A DNA stretch of 64,000 bases from Pristiophorus japonicus. Its lineage: Eukaryota. The first letter of the stretch is position 1; each line of letters begins with the position of its first letter. The stretch lies in contig NC_091989.1 of NCBI RefSeq assembly GCF_044704955.1, positions 111,352,001-111,416,000 on the forward strand. Reading direction: 5' to 3'. Below the pieces are notes generated by a model, which saw nothing but the letters and a program-made list of their open reading frames with translations, searched no databases and had not been told where the DNA came from. Positions 38,784 through 52,100 of the stretch are shown here, one piece after another. The position numbers and the translations under genes are program-made.

Positions 38784-39383
38784 TGTCCAGACTGCAGTCT
38801 CTATGTACAGAGAATGGATATGGAGAAGCTATGTGTTCAGTGTCCGCCTTGCTCCAAGAGATCAAAGAAAGTCTTTCAGTTCTGCTGGGACTGTCTGAGG
38901 GAGTGGAAGAATGCTGATATGCAGAATGACAGCTGCGGTAATGAATCCTGCAGTGTGACAGCACTGCTTCTGGGCTGCAGTACAATCGAAGACATGGCTA
39001 GTGCAGTGTATGGATGCCCTAAAGTACGGGCCTGCCCCAACTGTGAGGCATTAGCAGAGCATTGCATGAGAGGTTGTCCAAGTGTATTGTGTCCCAATTG
39101 CAGGCACCTATTTTGTTACCGGTGCCTTGAGTTAAATGGATGTCATAGAGAAAGACAAGCTGGTTTAATATGTTGCCCTATAGCTGAAAGGCAAAAGCTG
39201 ACTGGCAAAAAGGTCTATAGTAAAAACGCACACCTGCAGGATTTGGATGCATTTATAAGACTGCATTTATTAGCAGAAAGAGATGCCATTCGCCAAGAGC
39301 GGCAAAGAAACATCCAGCCAGGAAGCTTGCATCTACAGCAGCTGAGGAATGAACAGCCCAATAGCTCGTGTGTCATTTCCTAA
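38784..39383 (+). CDS. RBR-like E3 ligase gene, last coding exon: IBR, RING2/Rcat and C-terminal CaaX (CVIS)
   Basis: Acceptor ttttgtctttcag, phase 0. CPDC..CPPC..FCWDC..C..C (IBR) and RACPNC...GC....CPNC...FCYRC (RING2). Ends NSSCVIS*. Confidence 0.9.
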   Translation, partial: CPDCSLYVQRMDMEKLCVQCPPCSKRSKKVFQFCWDCLREWKNADMQNDSCGNESCSVTALLLGCSTIEDMASAVYGCPKVRACPNCEALAEHCMRGCPSVLCPNCRHLFCYRCLELNGCHRERQAGLICCPIAERQKLTGKKVYSKNAHLQDLDAFIRLHLLAERDAIRQERQRNIQPGSLHLQQLRNEQPNSSCVIS

Positions 39384-41215
39384 ACCTCATATTTGGGAAG
39401 TTCCTGTTTAACATCTGTATTGATAGAGTAGCAACTTCATCATATAATATATGATATGATATGATATGACCGCTAGGAATAATCTTTATCCCTTGCTACC
39501 TTTTATAGGGAGAAATTTTTTTTTTTAAACATACCCCCATCCCGAAGCTCTTGCTGGGATACCTTTCCCGCTGATGCCAGCAGCCCGTCATGCTCCCTCT
39601 CGTAAGTGGCCATTCCTCATTGATAGGGCGAAACAGAAAAAAAGGGGGCAGATAGCCTTCCCCCATCTGTCACTGAGTGTGCTAGAAAGGAAGTCCAGTA
39701 GGCTGCTTTGCCAAAAGTCCACACACAATGATCACAGTTAAGCTGTTGGTGGTGAATACGCCCGCTACGTTGCTTGGACCTTGGATGTCTAGAACATCAA
39801 GGTGGTCCACACCATACAAGCTGCAACTGTATAGATCTTTCCACTATGCTGAAAGCTGATGTCCATAGTACATCCAGGACTCGATGTCTACCATGAGTGG
39901 GTTATAGGGAGGCCTGCAGCTGCTGCTAAAGCTCCATATCTCTAACTAGTGGTAAACCACTATTCAGAGCAGTGTGATGTGTGTCCTGGTCAAGAGGATG
40001 GTGACAATGCACTTGCACATTTTATGGTGAGATGTCCTGCTCACCATGCTGCTCGTGAGGAATTTCTTTTCCCTGCTGTCCACCTTGTCTCGTGATACCT
40101 ATTGAGCATCCGTAGGAGGAAGGGAAAGAGGTAAGAAGGGTCTCTGGGGTCAGAAGGGCTCCAGATGACCTGCCTGGAGATAGATGTTCAGAACCAGAGT
40201 GGGCAGTCCATATTGGGCAAACAGAAATTGTATCTGTGTGGATTTCTCGGCAGCTTTGTTTGGAGATTTAAACAGGCTGACCAAAAGCAAGCTGAACTCC
40301 AGTCTCTGCAGCTCTTCCATTCCATTCCTTTGTTGCTTGCTTTTCTTTCATATTCTAAGGCTTTCTTTTTTTAAATTCAATTGAAAAGAATTCTTCCCCC
40401 TCTTTTAATTCTGACCCCTCCAAAAATAGATTCTCAGCAAATAATTTGGATGAACATGCTGGAATTTCATTGTGCTGCTTTAGATTTCACTTTGTGGAAC
40501 TTTTCCTAAGCCTGTTAAGCAAGGTAGAGTTCATGATGGTGCAAATCATATGTGATGTATAGAAGTTGCGAGCTGGATCAACTTTTCTATTATGTTCTCT
40601 TCTGTTTTCAGAAACTTTTGCTAGTTTTATTGACATTGCAAAAATCTTTTTCTAATACCCATTTTATCTTTTAATTTTCACCAGTTTCTTTTCTGTCACT
40701 TATGAAGTTTTCTCTTCGTGTCCCCTACTGGAATTGAGTTAAACTGGGACAAGCACTTGGTACATTTAATGTCTAACTCTCCCAAACTGTTTTTTGGTTA
40801 CAGACACCAACTCAGTGGGGATAATTTTGACTTCAGTAAAAATAAAAATCGTGAGAGATGTAAAATGGGCTGCCAATTCACTATCACCTGTTTTATACTG
40901 TCGTACAAAGTCAAAAAACCCCATTGAGTCTTAAGAGGTCAAAATGATTCCAATTTGAGAGAGCAACATTGTGAAAGTGAAAGGGGGAGAATGGCAGAGA
41001 GATGCCTCTGGCATTGTGACATGTTAGAAACTTGAGATGAAAATCAATCACAGCATCTGATCCACTGTAAATAATAATTTCTATAGTGAATGCTACACAA
41101 TGAAAACAGTCAGGCCCTGGGAATTGTGGACACAAGCAAGAATGTGCTTCACAAGCACATTGTGACTGGCTCCTGCAAGAGAACACCACAATCACATTTT
41201 ATGTAGATAGAATGT

Positions 41216-41765
41216 TATCATAGGCAGTCCCTCGAAATGAGGATGACTTTCTTCCATGCAGAAAAGGGATGAGTTCACAGGTGTTTCAATGAAGGACCTA
41301 ATATTCCGGATCCCGAACTACATCTTGAAGGGTGGAAGATGCCCGTGCGTGGATTTTTTTTAATGTGTGGTGGCCATTGCACACCAGCCACTACACAGGC
41401 TTGACAGAGCTAGGTCTTGGTCCAGTGGCAAGGATTAACCAAGACGACTGGAGACCAGCTCTGCTGCATGGACCAAGTGCTCACACACATCGCAGTGTGG
41501 GCTGACCCATGCTGCTCCTGGGCCCCAATCACATCCCTCTGCGAACTCTTGCCGCTCCTTCGCCCCAACCTCGCCACTCCTGCTGTACCTGCCTGCATTG
41601 CAACCAGCCATTGCCCGCCTGCAGCAGCATGCACTGCTCTCTGCAGTGGCATGCTGCTCCCTCTAATGGCCCCGGCCTGCTGATGGTCTTGCAGGCCGGG
41701 ACTGCACCGATTTCTGGGCTGGGCCCGCTGCACGCTGCTCCCTCTAATGACCTCGGCCTGCTACA
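41216..41765 (-). mobile_element. Non-autonomous element with an RTE-derived 3' tail
   Basis: Terminal roughly 70 nt resemble the RTE 3' end at 48236-48300; second copy at 21360; GC-rich non-coding body. Confidence 0.7.
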
Positions 41766-42531
41766 GGCACATTGTGAACAGCAATGAAGTAACATTATAT
41801 GTCACTTTCAATATGAAGAACTATGAGCAGATGATGAACATTGTGATGGGTTAGTACATAAATGATGCACAACAGGAGAGCTGATTTTACCATGAAGGTT
41901 CATAATGGTCCAGAGTGAGAAAAAGCCCAACTGGCTTACCCTATAGTTTATATTGGAGTTCAAGAGCCTCTTGGACCTGCTTTATCATCCTCTTGTCTTT
42001 GTGCCAAATCCATACCCCTCTAGACATTAGGCATTTGTGTAGTGGAGTGGGTTCAGAGAAAAACAAATAAGATCTTTGGGGGATTCAATATTAAGATGCG
42101 AGGGGATGCTAAAGAATTGGAGTTACCTTAACTGGCGAATTAATTGAGGAGACATAAACCAAGTCATTAACATGCTAAAAGCCCACAAATAAAGTAAATG
42201 TTAGCACATTTCATAGAACAAGAAATCACGAGAACAAAGTTAATGAGCTTCTAGTGAGACTGGAAATGGTGTGGTCACCCCCCACTCCCCCTTCTAGTAT
42301 TGCAGATACATTAATTGATTTCTATAAAAAGCAGTTTGCTGATTACTCAAACTCATATGGTTTATGTGACTGTGGAATACAATTGGTCATGGTTTAATGC
42401 AGATTGTAGCACTGGACTGATATACAATATGAATTTTAGTGGCTATGGTCTATGGAAATAATATGCCTTCTCATTCACATTTTATGTGAATCAGGGATTC
42501 CATCTATAACTCTTCTGATTCTGATTCCAGC

Positions 42532-42995
42532 CATGATTCCCGGGATGGCTGGACTGACATATGAGGAGAGACTCGATCAACTGGGCCTTTATACATTGGA
42601 ATTTAGAAGGATGAGGGGGGATCTCATAGAAACATAAGATTCTGACGAGACGGGACAGGTTAGATGTGGGTAGAATGTTCTCTTGGGGAAGTCCAGAACC
42701 AGGGGACATAGTCTTAGAATAAGGGGTAGGCAATTTAGGACTGAGCTGAGGAGAAACTTCTTCACTCGGAGAGTTGTTAACCTGTGGAATTCCCTACCGT
42801 AGAGTGTTGTTGATGCCAGTTCATTGGATATATTCAAGAGGGAGTTAGATATGGCCCTTACGGCCAAGAGGATCAAGGGGTATGGAGAGAAAGCAGGAAA
42901 AGGGTACTGAGGGAATGATCAGCCATGATCTTATTGAATGGTGGTGCAGGCTCGAAGGGCCGAATGGCTTACTCCTGCACCTATTTTCTATGTAT
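42532..42995 (+). mobile_element. CR1/HER1-like LINE 3' fragment
   Basis: MIPGMAGLTYEERLDQLGLYTLEFRRMRGDLIET followed by the 3' UTR and tail. Confidence 0.9.
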
Positions 42996-43794
42996 GGAGG
43001 CACTGCCATGCTAACAAGGGTAGGTTTTTGACTTTTGCCAGTTCCTGTCTTTGGTCACTTTTGAATAACGAAGGCTAGCTTCAGGGTAGAATGAGGAGGA
43101 GATGTACAACATAGTTTCCCTTTGGCTTGATGGAAAGGAGTATTTTGTGCAATTTGTTATGGGTACCCAGTCACTGAAATAAAGTGAAAATGTATCCGAT
43201 ACTTTGGTAAAGGCCTGACTGGCCTCAATCCAGTACAGGTTGAATACAAAAGCCAATCTTACAAAAATCTGACCCCCTGAAATTAAATATCTCCCAGCTC
43301 CACAAACCACTCCTCTTCCAATTCCTCTAACTCTCCCTCTTCAAATTCATCCTTCGAATCTCACCCTTGCTTTATTGTATAACTCGTAGAAGCAGATACG
43401 TTTGTTCATGTTCGCTCACCCAGTAGCACCTTCCGATTAATTGAAATTAATTTGAAAATTGCAATAATTTTCTATCTTTAGCGATAATTGTGTTCCCTCA
43501 GTTCTTTATATTATGGGCCATTAACTTGCCCCAGTTAGTAAATAGATATTTAGATGGGGTACATTTCCTCAAAGTATTCTATTTTCCCACATGATCTTGT
43601 CTCATTGCAGCATTCTATTTACACATTTTCTGCTAAGGTCCTTTTTATCCCAGGACTAAGTTGAAAGATTCTCCTGGTTAGTCATGTTGATGACTAGCTT
43701 CTGTTTCCTATTGGTCAACTAATTAGCATATTTTGATCTCCATAAGCTTTCACTTTTAATTTGACATAATGCTTTCTGAATGTTGCAATATTTT

Positions 43795-44550
43795 GGTCCA
43801 GAATTTACAGTTGTAATGACAGTGAAACTGTCAGCATTCGACGTCATTACTGTGCAAAACTGACGGCAACTTCTCACGTCCGCACATGCGCAATTAAAAG
43901 CAGAAATCCAGAAGCTGCTGTCAGTGATACTGTGCTGCTCCACTGGGTGCACTGTTGCAGTGTTCGCAGATGAAATCAATTACAAATCAGTGCGTAAAAA
44001 GTTGAAGTTCATGTCAAATCACTTTTCACGCACTATTCTCACTATAAAAGCCATTGAACAAGTTGAGCCTTATTAAATAAGGTGTCATCGAGTTTTTAAT
44101 GGCATACTAAGTCATAATTACTGCTGAACAACATTTCAGGCTCTAACAAAACACATTTTATATATATGGAGTGTCATTCTTTGCATTCCATGATAAAAAT
44201 TCCAGAGATTTTTAAAATAATTTTTTAACATTTGTTTCTGATATATCAGCTTTTACCTTAATCCCATGTTTATGTCCCAAACTTTATTTCATATTCTGTA
44301 AAATGATTAAAAAGTAAATGATAAAACTTGCTTTTTGCTTCCTGGTTTGCGATCTATGATAATTCTTCATGAGATTGGCTGCTCAGCCTGCTTGATGACT
44401 GTTGCTGGACGCCACAATGCCCTAAAGCTTGAAAGTCACGTTGGGAAAGGGGAAATCGATGCAATAGAGTCCGCTAAAACTTTGTAGACAACTTTTTTCG
44501 AGGTCATCGGTAAGAGTCGTCACTTCGCCGCTAACCGCAAAATCTAGGAA
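43795..44550. mobile_element. Possible non-autonomous DNA transposon (Harbinger-type MITE)
   Basis: Weak inverted termini (ggtccagaatttacagtt / aaccgcaaaatctagga), CpG-containing subterminal regions around an AT-rich core. Confidence 0.35.
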
Positions 44551-44761
44551 ATATCTACTAACTTGTGGCATTCTCCAGCGCCAGCCTAGGAAATCATGGG
44601 TGTGGGAGCGGGGTGCTAGGGTTGCGTTGGGTGAGGGGTTAAGTGCAGGGGAGATCAAATTTTTTACACTGGTTCAATAATGAATTTTCTTAGTGGCTCA
44701 GTAAATTTATCCAATGAGTAGCTGGACCAGGAAAGTCCCAGGCTTCATTCATGTTTATAGT

Positions 44762-45118
44762 GAAAGAAAGAAAGACTTACATTTATATAATGCCTTTCAT
44801 GACCACTGGATGTCCCACAATGCTTTACAGCCAATCAAGTTCTTTATGAAGTGGAGTCACTGATGCAATGTAGGAATTGCGGCAGCCAATTTGCACACAG
44901 CAAACTCACTCAAACTGCAGTATGACAATGACAGACAATCTGTTTTAGTGATAAATATTGGCCAGGACACCGGGATAACACCCCTGCTCTTCAAAATAGT
45001 GCCATGGGATCTTTTATGTCCACCTGAGAGGGCAGACAGGGCCTCAGTTTAATGTCGCATCCAAAAGCCGGCACCTCTGTCAGTGCAGCACTCTACTCAG
45101 CACTGCACTGGAATGTTG
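44762..45118 (-). mobile_element. SacSINE1/DeuSINE-like SINE
   Basis: Reverse complement of the core and tail seen at 12935-13335 (gccatgggatctttta.gtccacctgagag, cagtgcagcactc), with an (AAAG)n tail on the + strand. Confidence 0.75.
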
Positions 45119-46039
45119 GTGAATTACTTTAGACCTCAGTGCCTTTGATTGGGGAAGGGGAAATCAATTTGTGCTAATGCTTCTAGTTGCTATCCAGTGT
45201 GCTTCCATGGTGGAAGTGTGCTTCTGTAGACTGACAAAAATATACCTTTTGTCTGCATTAAAGTATTGATTTTGATTTGTTTATGGCTAGAATCAGTATG
45301 TGCGAGGTCATTTCAGGGTATTTTCTCAACAGTAAAGCTGTCTGTCGGAGTTCTGGCAAGTTGGTTGCATGGGTTTCACAGGGTACAAGTTTCTACAGCA
45401 ATCACAATGTAATGCCCAAGGAGCCTACAAGTCGTCATGTTCAATGCTTGGCATTCACTATTGATGATGAAGCTTTCTGTGGATGGCGGTTGATCTAAAG
45501 TAATTGTGAATGATAAAGTCGTCCATTGCCTTTTGTTTCAGTAAAACTATTTCTATGGATAACCTTGCCTGGAAATAAACATTCCACAGTCAGTTACAAT
45601 TTTACACCCAGAGAGCTCTGTATGTAACTTTCTGACCAGCATCTTTCATGGTTTTAAATTCTATGTTTAGAGAGAGAAATTAAGTGATTTCTTTTATGTA
45701 TCTAGAAGAGTGGAGCACTGTAAGATTCACTATTTTGGATGGTCTACTGTTCATTCACTTGTCTAAACTAAATAAAGTTACCTATTGTTTCAAAGCCAGA
45801 GTCTTGGTCTGATAAAACTGCATCTTCAATCTGCTTTTTGAGGAAAGGAGAATCTTGCTATTGTTTACCTACATACTGGACAGAAAATGAAAGAGACTGC
45901 ATAACAGGGAGCTCAAGGTCCAATTGTGGGAGTAGCCAGCGCCACTGAACACGAGAATATTTCTAGTGTTGAATAAGATGGTGCCAGGTTCTTTCCAGAG
46001 TCGAATACCATAGTCTCATGCAATAATAATGGCCACTTA

Positions 46040-47545
46040 CGAACATGGGAACAGGATTAGGCCATTCAGCACCTCAAGCCTGTTCAGTCATTCAATTCGA
46101 TCATGGCTGATCTGCAATCTAACTCCATATACCCGCCTTTGGCCCAAATCCCTCAATATCTTTGGTTAACATGAAGCTATCAATCTCATTTAAAATTAAC
46201 AATTAATCTAGCATCAATTGCTGTTTGTGGAAGTGAATTCAAAACTCCTAGAACATAAGAAATACAATCAGGAGTAGGCCATCTGGCCTCTCGATCCTGC
46301 TCCACCATTCAATAAGATCATGGCTGATCTGATCTTGGCCTCAACTCCACTTCCCTGCCCTCTCCCTGTAACCCTTGACTCCCTTATCTCTCGAAAATCT
46401 ATCTATCTATCTCCACCTTAAATCTAGTCAATGACCCAGCCTCATGACCCTCAGAAGAAATTCCTCCTCATTTCCAGTTTAAATGGGCAGCCCCTTTTTC
46501 TGAGACTATGCCACCTAGTTCTAGAATCCCCTGAGAGAGGAAACATCCTCTCTGCATCCACCCTGTCAATCCCCCTCAGAATCTTATATGTTTTAATAAG
46601 ATCACCTCTGTCTTCTAAACTCCAATGACGGCTCAACCTTTCTTCATATGAAAATCCCTTCATCGCGAATCAAGCACATGAACCTTCTCTGAACAGCCTC
46701 CAATGCAAGTAATTCCTTCCTTAAATAAGGAGATCAATACTGTATCCGGTACTCCAGGTGTGGCCTCACCAATGCCCTGTACAGTTGTAGCAGGATGTCC
46801 TTACTTTTATACTCCATCCCTTTTGCAATAAAGGCCAACATTCCATTTGCTTTCCTAATTACTTGCTGTACCTGCATGCTAACTTTTTGAGTTTCATGTA
46901 CACGGACTCTCAGATCCCTCTGTATCGGAGCATTTTGTAATCTTTCCCCATTTAAATAATAATTTGCTTTTTTATTTTTCTTATCAAAGTGGATAACCCC
47001 ACTTTTTCCCACATTATATTCCAGCTGCCAAATTTTTGCCCACTCACTTAGCTCATCTACATCCCTTTGCACATTCTTTGCCTCCTCTACCACCCTTTGT
47101 GTGTAGAAGTGTTTCCTAATTTCACTCCTGAAAGGTCTAGTTCTAATTTTAGACTATGCCCTCCACCCCAGTCCTAGAAACCTCAACCATCAGAAATAGG
47201 TTCTATCTACCCTATCATCTTGAAAACTTTGATCAGATCACCGCTTAACCTATTAAAATCTAGGGAATACAACCCTAATTTGTATAATTTCTCTTTGTAA
47301 CTTAACCCTTGAAATCCGGGTATCATTCTGGTAAACCTACGCTGCACTCCCTCCATGGCCACTGTATCATTCTTAAAGTGTGACCAGAACTGCTCTCAGT
47401 ACTCCAGGTGTGGTATAACCAGGGTTTTGCATAGCTGCAGCATTGCTTCTACCCCCTTGTATTCTAGTCCTTGAGATATAAAAGCCAGCAAGTCTCTTTG
47501 GACATCCACTGTTTTTAGCTTTTCACCATTTATAAAGTACTCTGT
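46040..47545 (-). mobile_element. Cluster of nested CR1 3' fragments
   Basis: Two 3' tails (46040, 46250) and RT C-terminal ORFs 46451-46663, 46734-47093 and 47396-47578. Confidence 0.85.
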
Positions 47546-48235
47546 TGTAGGAAATTGGCATGATGGAAATTCAATCAAGAAAGTTGTGTGGGAAATACTG
47601 ATCCAGTTGCAGAACGCAGACAGGATACTGATCTAAGTAACGAACTGCCATTGTCGCTATTTAAGATAACGGTTCAAGAATGTGAAGTCAGGTGGATTAA
47701 AAGCAAGCAAAGAACCTTCGACTATCGATAAATATGCAACTATAATATAATCAAGGAGAAAGCATATGAGCCACCCCCAGGGGCACAGGGACCAAGAAAG
47801 GTATTCTGCAGAGTGCTCCATCTCGAACTGGCGAGAGAGGCTCTCCGTGCATATGCTCGAGAAATAAAGACCTGATGTGAATGAAGACCTAGCTGACTCA
47901 ACTCATTAGAAGAACAGAGGTGGTCTCGGTTGAAAAGTAACTGAGAGAGCACGGGTGCATTTCACCCAGTTGAGGTCCGGTCTCTGAAATGTTACCTCAA
48001 AATTGTTCTATCCTTTTTGGGTCCAAAGTGAATGATCACACATTTGCTTACATTGGAATGCAATTGCCACAGCTTTGCCCATTCACTTAATCTGTCTATC
48101 ACTTTGTAATTTTATGCTTGTTGAGGTGAGGGACCAGAGAATAACCCATGACCAAGGGATTGTTCCTCAGCAAGGGGTCAATGCCTTGTGGAGGAGAGAG
48201 AAATCAGCGGGAAAATGACTGATTTCGATCAAATA

Positions 48236-49105
48236 ATCATCTTCGGTAGTCCCCCATCAAGGATGACTTGCTTCCACACTAAAATGAGTTCTAAGGTGAG
48301 TGATGAGACCAATGCGGGATCTACAGTCTCTGTCACAGGTGAGGCAGACAGCAGTTGGAAGGACGGGTGGGTGGGGTGCTTGATTTGTCGTACGCTCCTT
48401 CCGCTGTTTGTACTTGGCTTCCATTTGCTCCCGGCGAAGAGACTCGAAGTGTTCTTTGCCTTCCTGGATGCTTCTCCTCCACTTTGAGCGGTCTTGGGCC
48501 AGGAATTCCCAAGAGTTGGTGGGAATGTTAAATTTTTTCAAGGCGGCTTTGAGGGTGTCCTTGAAGCATTTTCTCTGCCCTCCTGGGACTTGCCTGCTGT
48601 GACGTAGCTTGGAGTAGAGTGCTTGTTACGGGAGTCTAGTATCGGGCATGCGGATAATGTGAACCATCCATCGGAGCTGATTAAGTGTGGTCAATGTCTC
48701 GATGCTGGGGATGTTGGCCTGAGAGAGAACGCTGATGTTGGTGCGCCTATCCTGTGAATGAATTTGTAGGATTTTGCAGAGGCAGCGTTGGTGGTACTTC
48801 ACCAGTGCTTTGAGGTGCCTACTGTACATAGTCAATGTCTCTGCAGCATATAGGAGGGCAGGTATCACTACTGCTCTGTAGACCATGAGCTTGGTGCTGG
48901 GTTTGAGATCCTGGTCTTCGAAGACTCTTTTCCTCAGTTGCCTGAAGGCTGCACTGGTACACTGAAGGCTGTATTGGAATTTGTCATCGATGTCTGTCCT
49001 TGCTGATAGTAGGCTCCCAAGCTATGTTCTATCTTGTCCAAGGTCTCGTCATGGATCTTGATAGTCGTGGAGCAATACTGTGGGGTGGGGCTGGTTGATA
49101 GAGAA
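48236..49105 (-). mobile_element. RTE-clade LINE 3' fragment
   Basis: VYRAVVIPALLYAAET..YHQRCL.KIL...QLRW..HIIRMPDTRLP and WEFLAQDRSKWR...CLTCDRDCRSRIGLITH are RTE C-terminal motifs. Confidence 0.9.
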
Positions 49106-52100
49106 CTCCTTCCTGGCTGGTTTCCACCCTTTGGGGGTGGGGGGAGACGGAGTTAAGGATTCCGAGTGTGCATAAACGCAAGAGTCATCTGTATATTGTA
49201 ATTAAATGACAGGTTGGAACAACCGTGGATCTAGACTGGAGGCATCGGAGGTTGAACAATTTCCCGCTTGTCCTGTAGATTAACTCCACTCACTCCAGCG
49301 GGGAGCTTGTTAAAGGTGAGATGAAGCATTGCAGCGCGAAAGATTGAGATTTGATAAAATACCAGTTCAAAATATATCAGTGAAAATCTTGATCCTCTTT
49401 CTGCGTCACTTCTACTTTGGGGTATAGCGTGACTCATACTGACAGGCCTGCCATCTCTCCGTGACTTCCTGGCCTCCTTCCAAGTGTTGGAGCGGGCCAG
49501 AATCAGTTGATGTTCGGTTCACCGCGGAGCGGGCCCCCACAGACTGCCTGCCGGCTCGCACCGGCTCCACTAAAGGAACTAAAGAGAGTGAGACATCGCA
49601 AACCTCTTTAAACAGGCAGTCTGTGTAGTCTTGCAATTTGATGCAGCTTAAATTATGTTTTTTAGCCGCTTTCAATGAGTGAATTTTAGCAGGTTCATTC
49701 ACAGTTGAAAGAAAATGATTGATGAAATCTCGTGAGTAAATGACTGTACCTCCTTCACACTGCTGGGTAAGACGATTGAGGCAGAACTTCCCTATCCGTT
49801 CCGCTGTTGTATTATCCACTTGGTGGTGCTCTGCACAAACTAAGATCACTTGTGAGTGTTGACTATGAGCACGACAGCAGTTACTGCAAACTAAGGGAAG
49901 GAGGTTTGATGAAACGGAGAAATTACATGTCTAAGAAGCAGCACGGATAAGAAGCGTGGTGGAATGCCAATATTTGGAATTACTGTAGATAAACGCATGA
50001 TGCAGGTTCAACCTCCCATTCGGCTGAACAGCCAGATTATTCACTGAGGTCACCGGACGTGGGAATAAATGGTGTAAAAAGTAAATGTATTTCACAGATT
50101 AGTGGCACCAACTGTGGTCACTAAGCCCCTAAATTGGGCACAATCAACTCAACTGAAAGCATTTTTTCAAATTTACCAACAAAGTGGAAATGAGTCAACT
50201 TACACCTGTTCAAATGAGCTGTTGTTTTGCTGGTAATGGGCAACGGACAGAAATAAAACGGGACTGTGAGTCCTGTTGAGAAAGGGCAGAAAAATGTAGC
50301 AATCTTTCTTTGGCAGAAAAATGTTACCGACCATAAAAGGACGGCGAAAAGTATTTGAGGTGTTGCTGCCAACAATCAGCATTTCGATTCATGTCAACTT
50401 GTCAGCATTTTTTTTAATACAGCTTTTCCCCACTATGATTGGCTGATTCTGACTCTTTCCAATCATAATTTGGAAGGAGAAACGAGAGGCGGTCAGAAGC
50501 AGCTTGACTGGCGTGCAGCATTGAAATATGTTTCTTTCTCCGGTTGTGTATTGAGCACAAACGGGAGGCAGAAAAATATAAAATGAGCCGATGGGTTCTC
50601 AGAGGCACGGTTATGGGATATGTTTAGTGCTTGCCTCCCATATGCAGTATGTAGCAAGTTGCTTAATTGAATTAACATATTAGCTCAGATTAAAATCATG
50701 CAAACATATATTTTGCAGTTTTAGTGAAATTGCTCAATTTGAACACTATAATTTGATTTTTTTGAGCAAAAGGAAACTTGACCAAGTTAAAATTAACTTT
50801 TAAATCTATTTTTATTTTAAAACTTGTTTTTATTTTCCTCAAAGCAAAGTCTTGTCTTTCGTGAAAGTTTATTTGCAGCTGGTTTTGTGAGATAATGCGG
50901 GTGTTCGCAGGTGTGAATTTGTTTGTTAACGGATTTTATTTGTCAATTCATGTCACTGTATTTGTGAAATTGCCATGGTTTGGAAATAAAATAAAGCGTG
51001 GGGTTGGAGTGCTGATGAATTTGACTTGAGTTAAAAGATTATTACAGATTCACTCAGAATTACAACAGGATGCAAATTGTAATTGCTGCTAACTTTATTT
51101 TGGTGTATTGCAATAAAATGATGGAATGACGAGTTTGTGTCCCATTACACTCTCTGTCTCACTTCTTGTCTTCACATATCATAGGTCTATATTTCAGAAC
51201 TGTTTTTCACCTTTGGTGCTTTCATCATTTTCTGAAGTGATCACCTTTCGCTAGTTTTATAGATATGTATGGAAAATGTTAGGAATTTAGAACAATGACA
51301 AGAACTGCAGAAGACTGTTGCAAAGAATGGTCTAAAAAGGGCTGCAAGAGCTAAAATACAACACCGTAGGAAACTGCACCTAGGAAATATCTTGCATTTT
51401 CAGGTTATACCCAACTACAGCTCCAAAGGCAACAAGGACAGCATCTCCACACGAGGCTGCAGTTGAATCTGGTAAGTGACCTTTCCTGTCTGATGCCTGT
51501 TTTCATTAGAAATATATATTACCGTAGCAATCATCACAAATCCCGCTTTAATATGTGTGTGAGCATTTAGAGAAGTCCTTCTTTGATACCTGCGCCCTCA
51601 GAACACTAACAATTGGTACTTGTTTTTGTTCAGCAGTCTCATTGTAAAATCATGGACAATTCACGCATCCAAAATCCAGTATTCAACACGGTTTCTCATT
51701 GCTCAAACGGAGCCCCATCAGCATTTTGGAGAAGGTGCAGATGCAGGTATTAAATGGATAAATTGCAGCCCACAAAGATACAGGATCCAGGGTTAGCATG
51801 GGTGACCGTGGCAGTTAATGGCAGGATTCTGCACTCTGGCTTGTACCATAGAAATCAGAGGGTACAGCACGCAAATCTCTGGACTGGTCAACACAACTGG
51901 TTAGTGCTGAACTTGCCAGGAGTTTGGAACACGCACGGAGCAACGCACTGAGTGAGACCATTCGCCTGACTCGTGAATCAGTACAATATGTTAATTCCAA
52001 TCTGGATTTACCAATGTACACAGTGCCGTGGCTATTACAGAAGTTGTTTGGGACTGTCAATGAAGCTTCATCAGCAGATGGTGAGGTTAACTGCCTCCCA

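Noticed and set aside
49412-49849. 145-aa minus-strand ORF
   Set aside because: It has a non-ATG start, no recognisable domain and no splice support.
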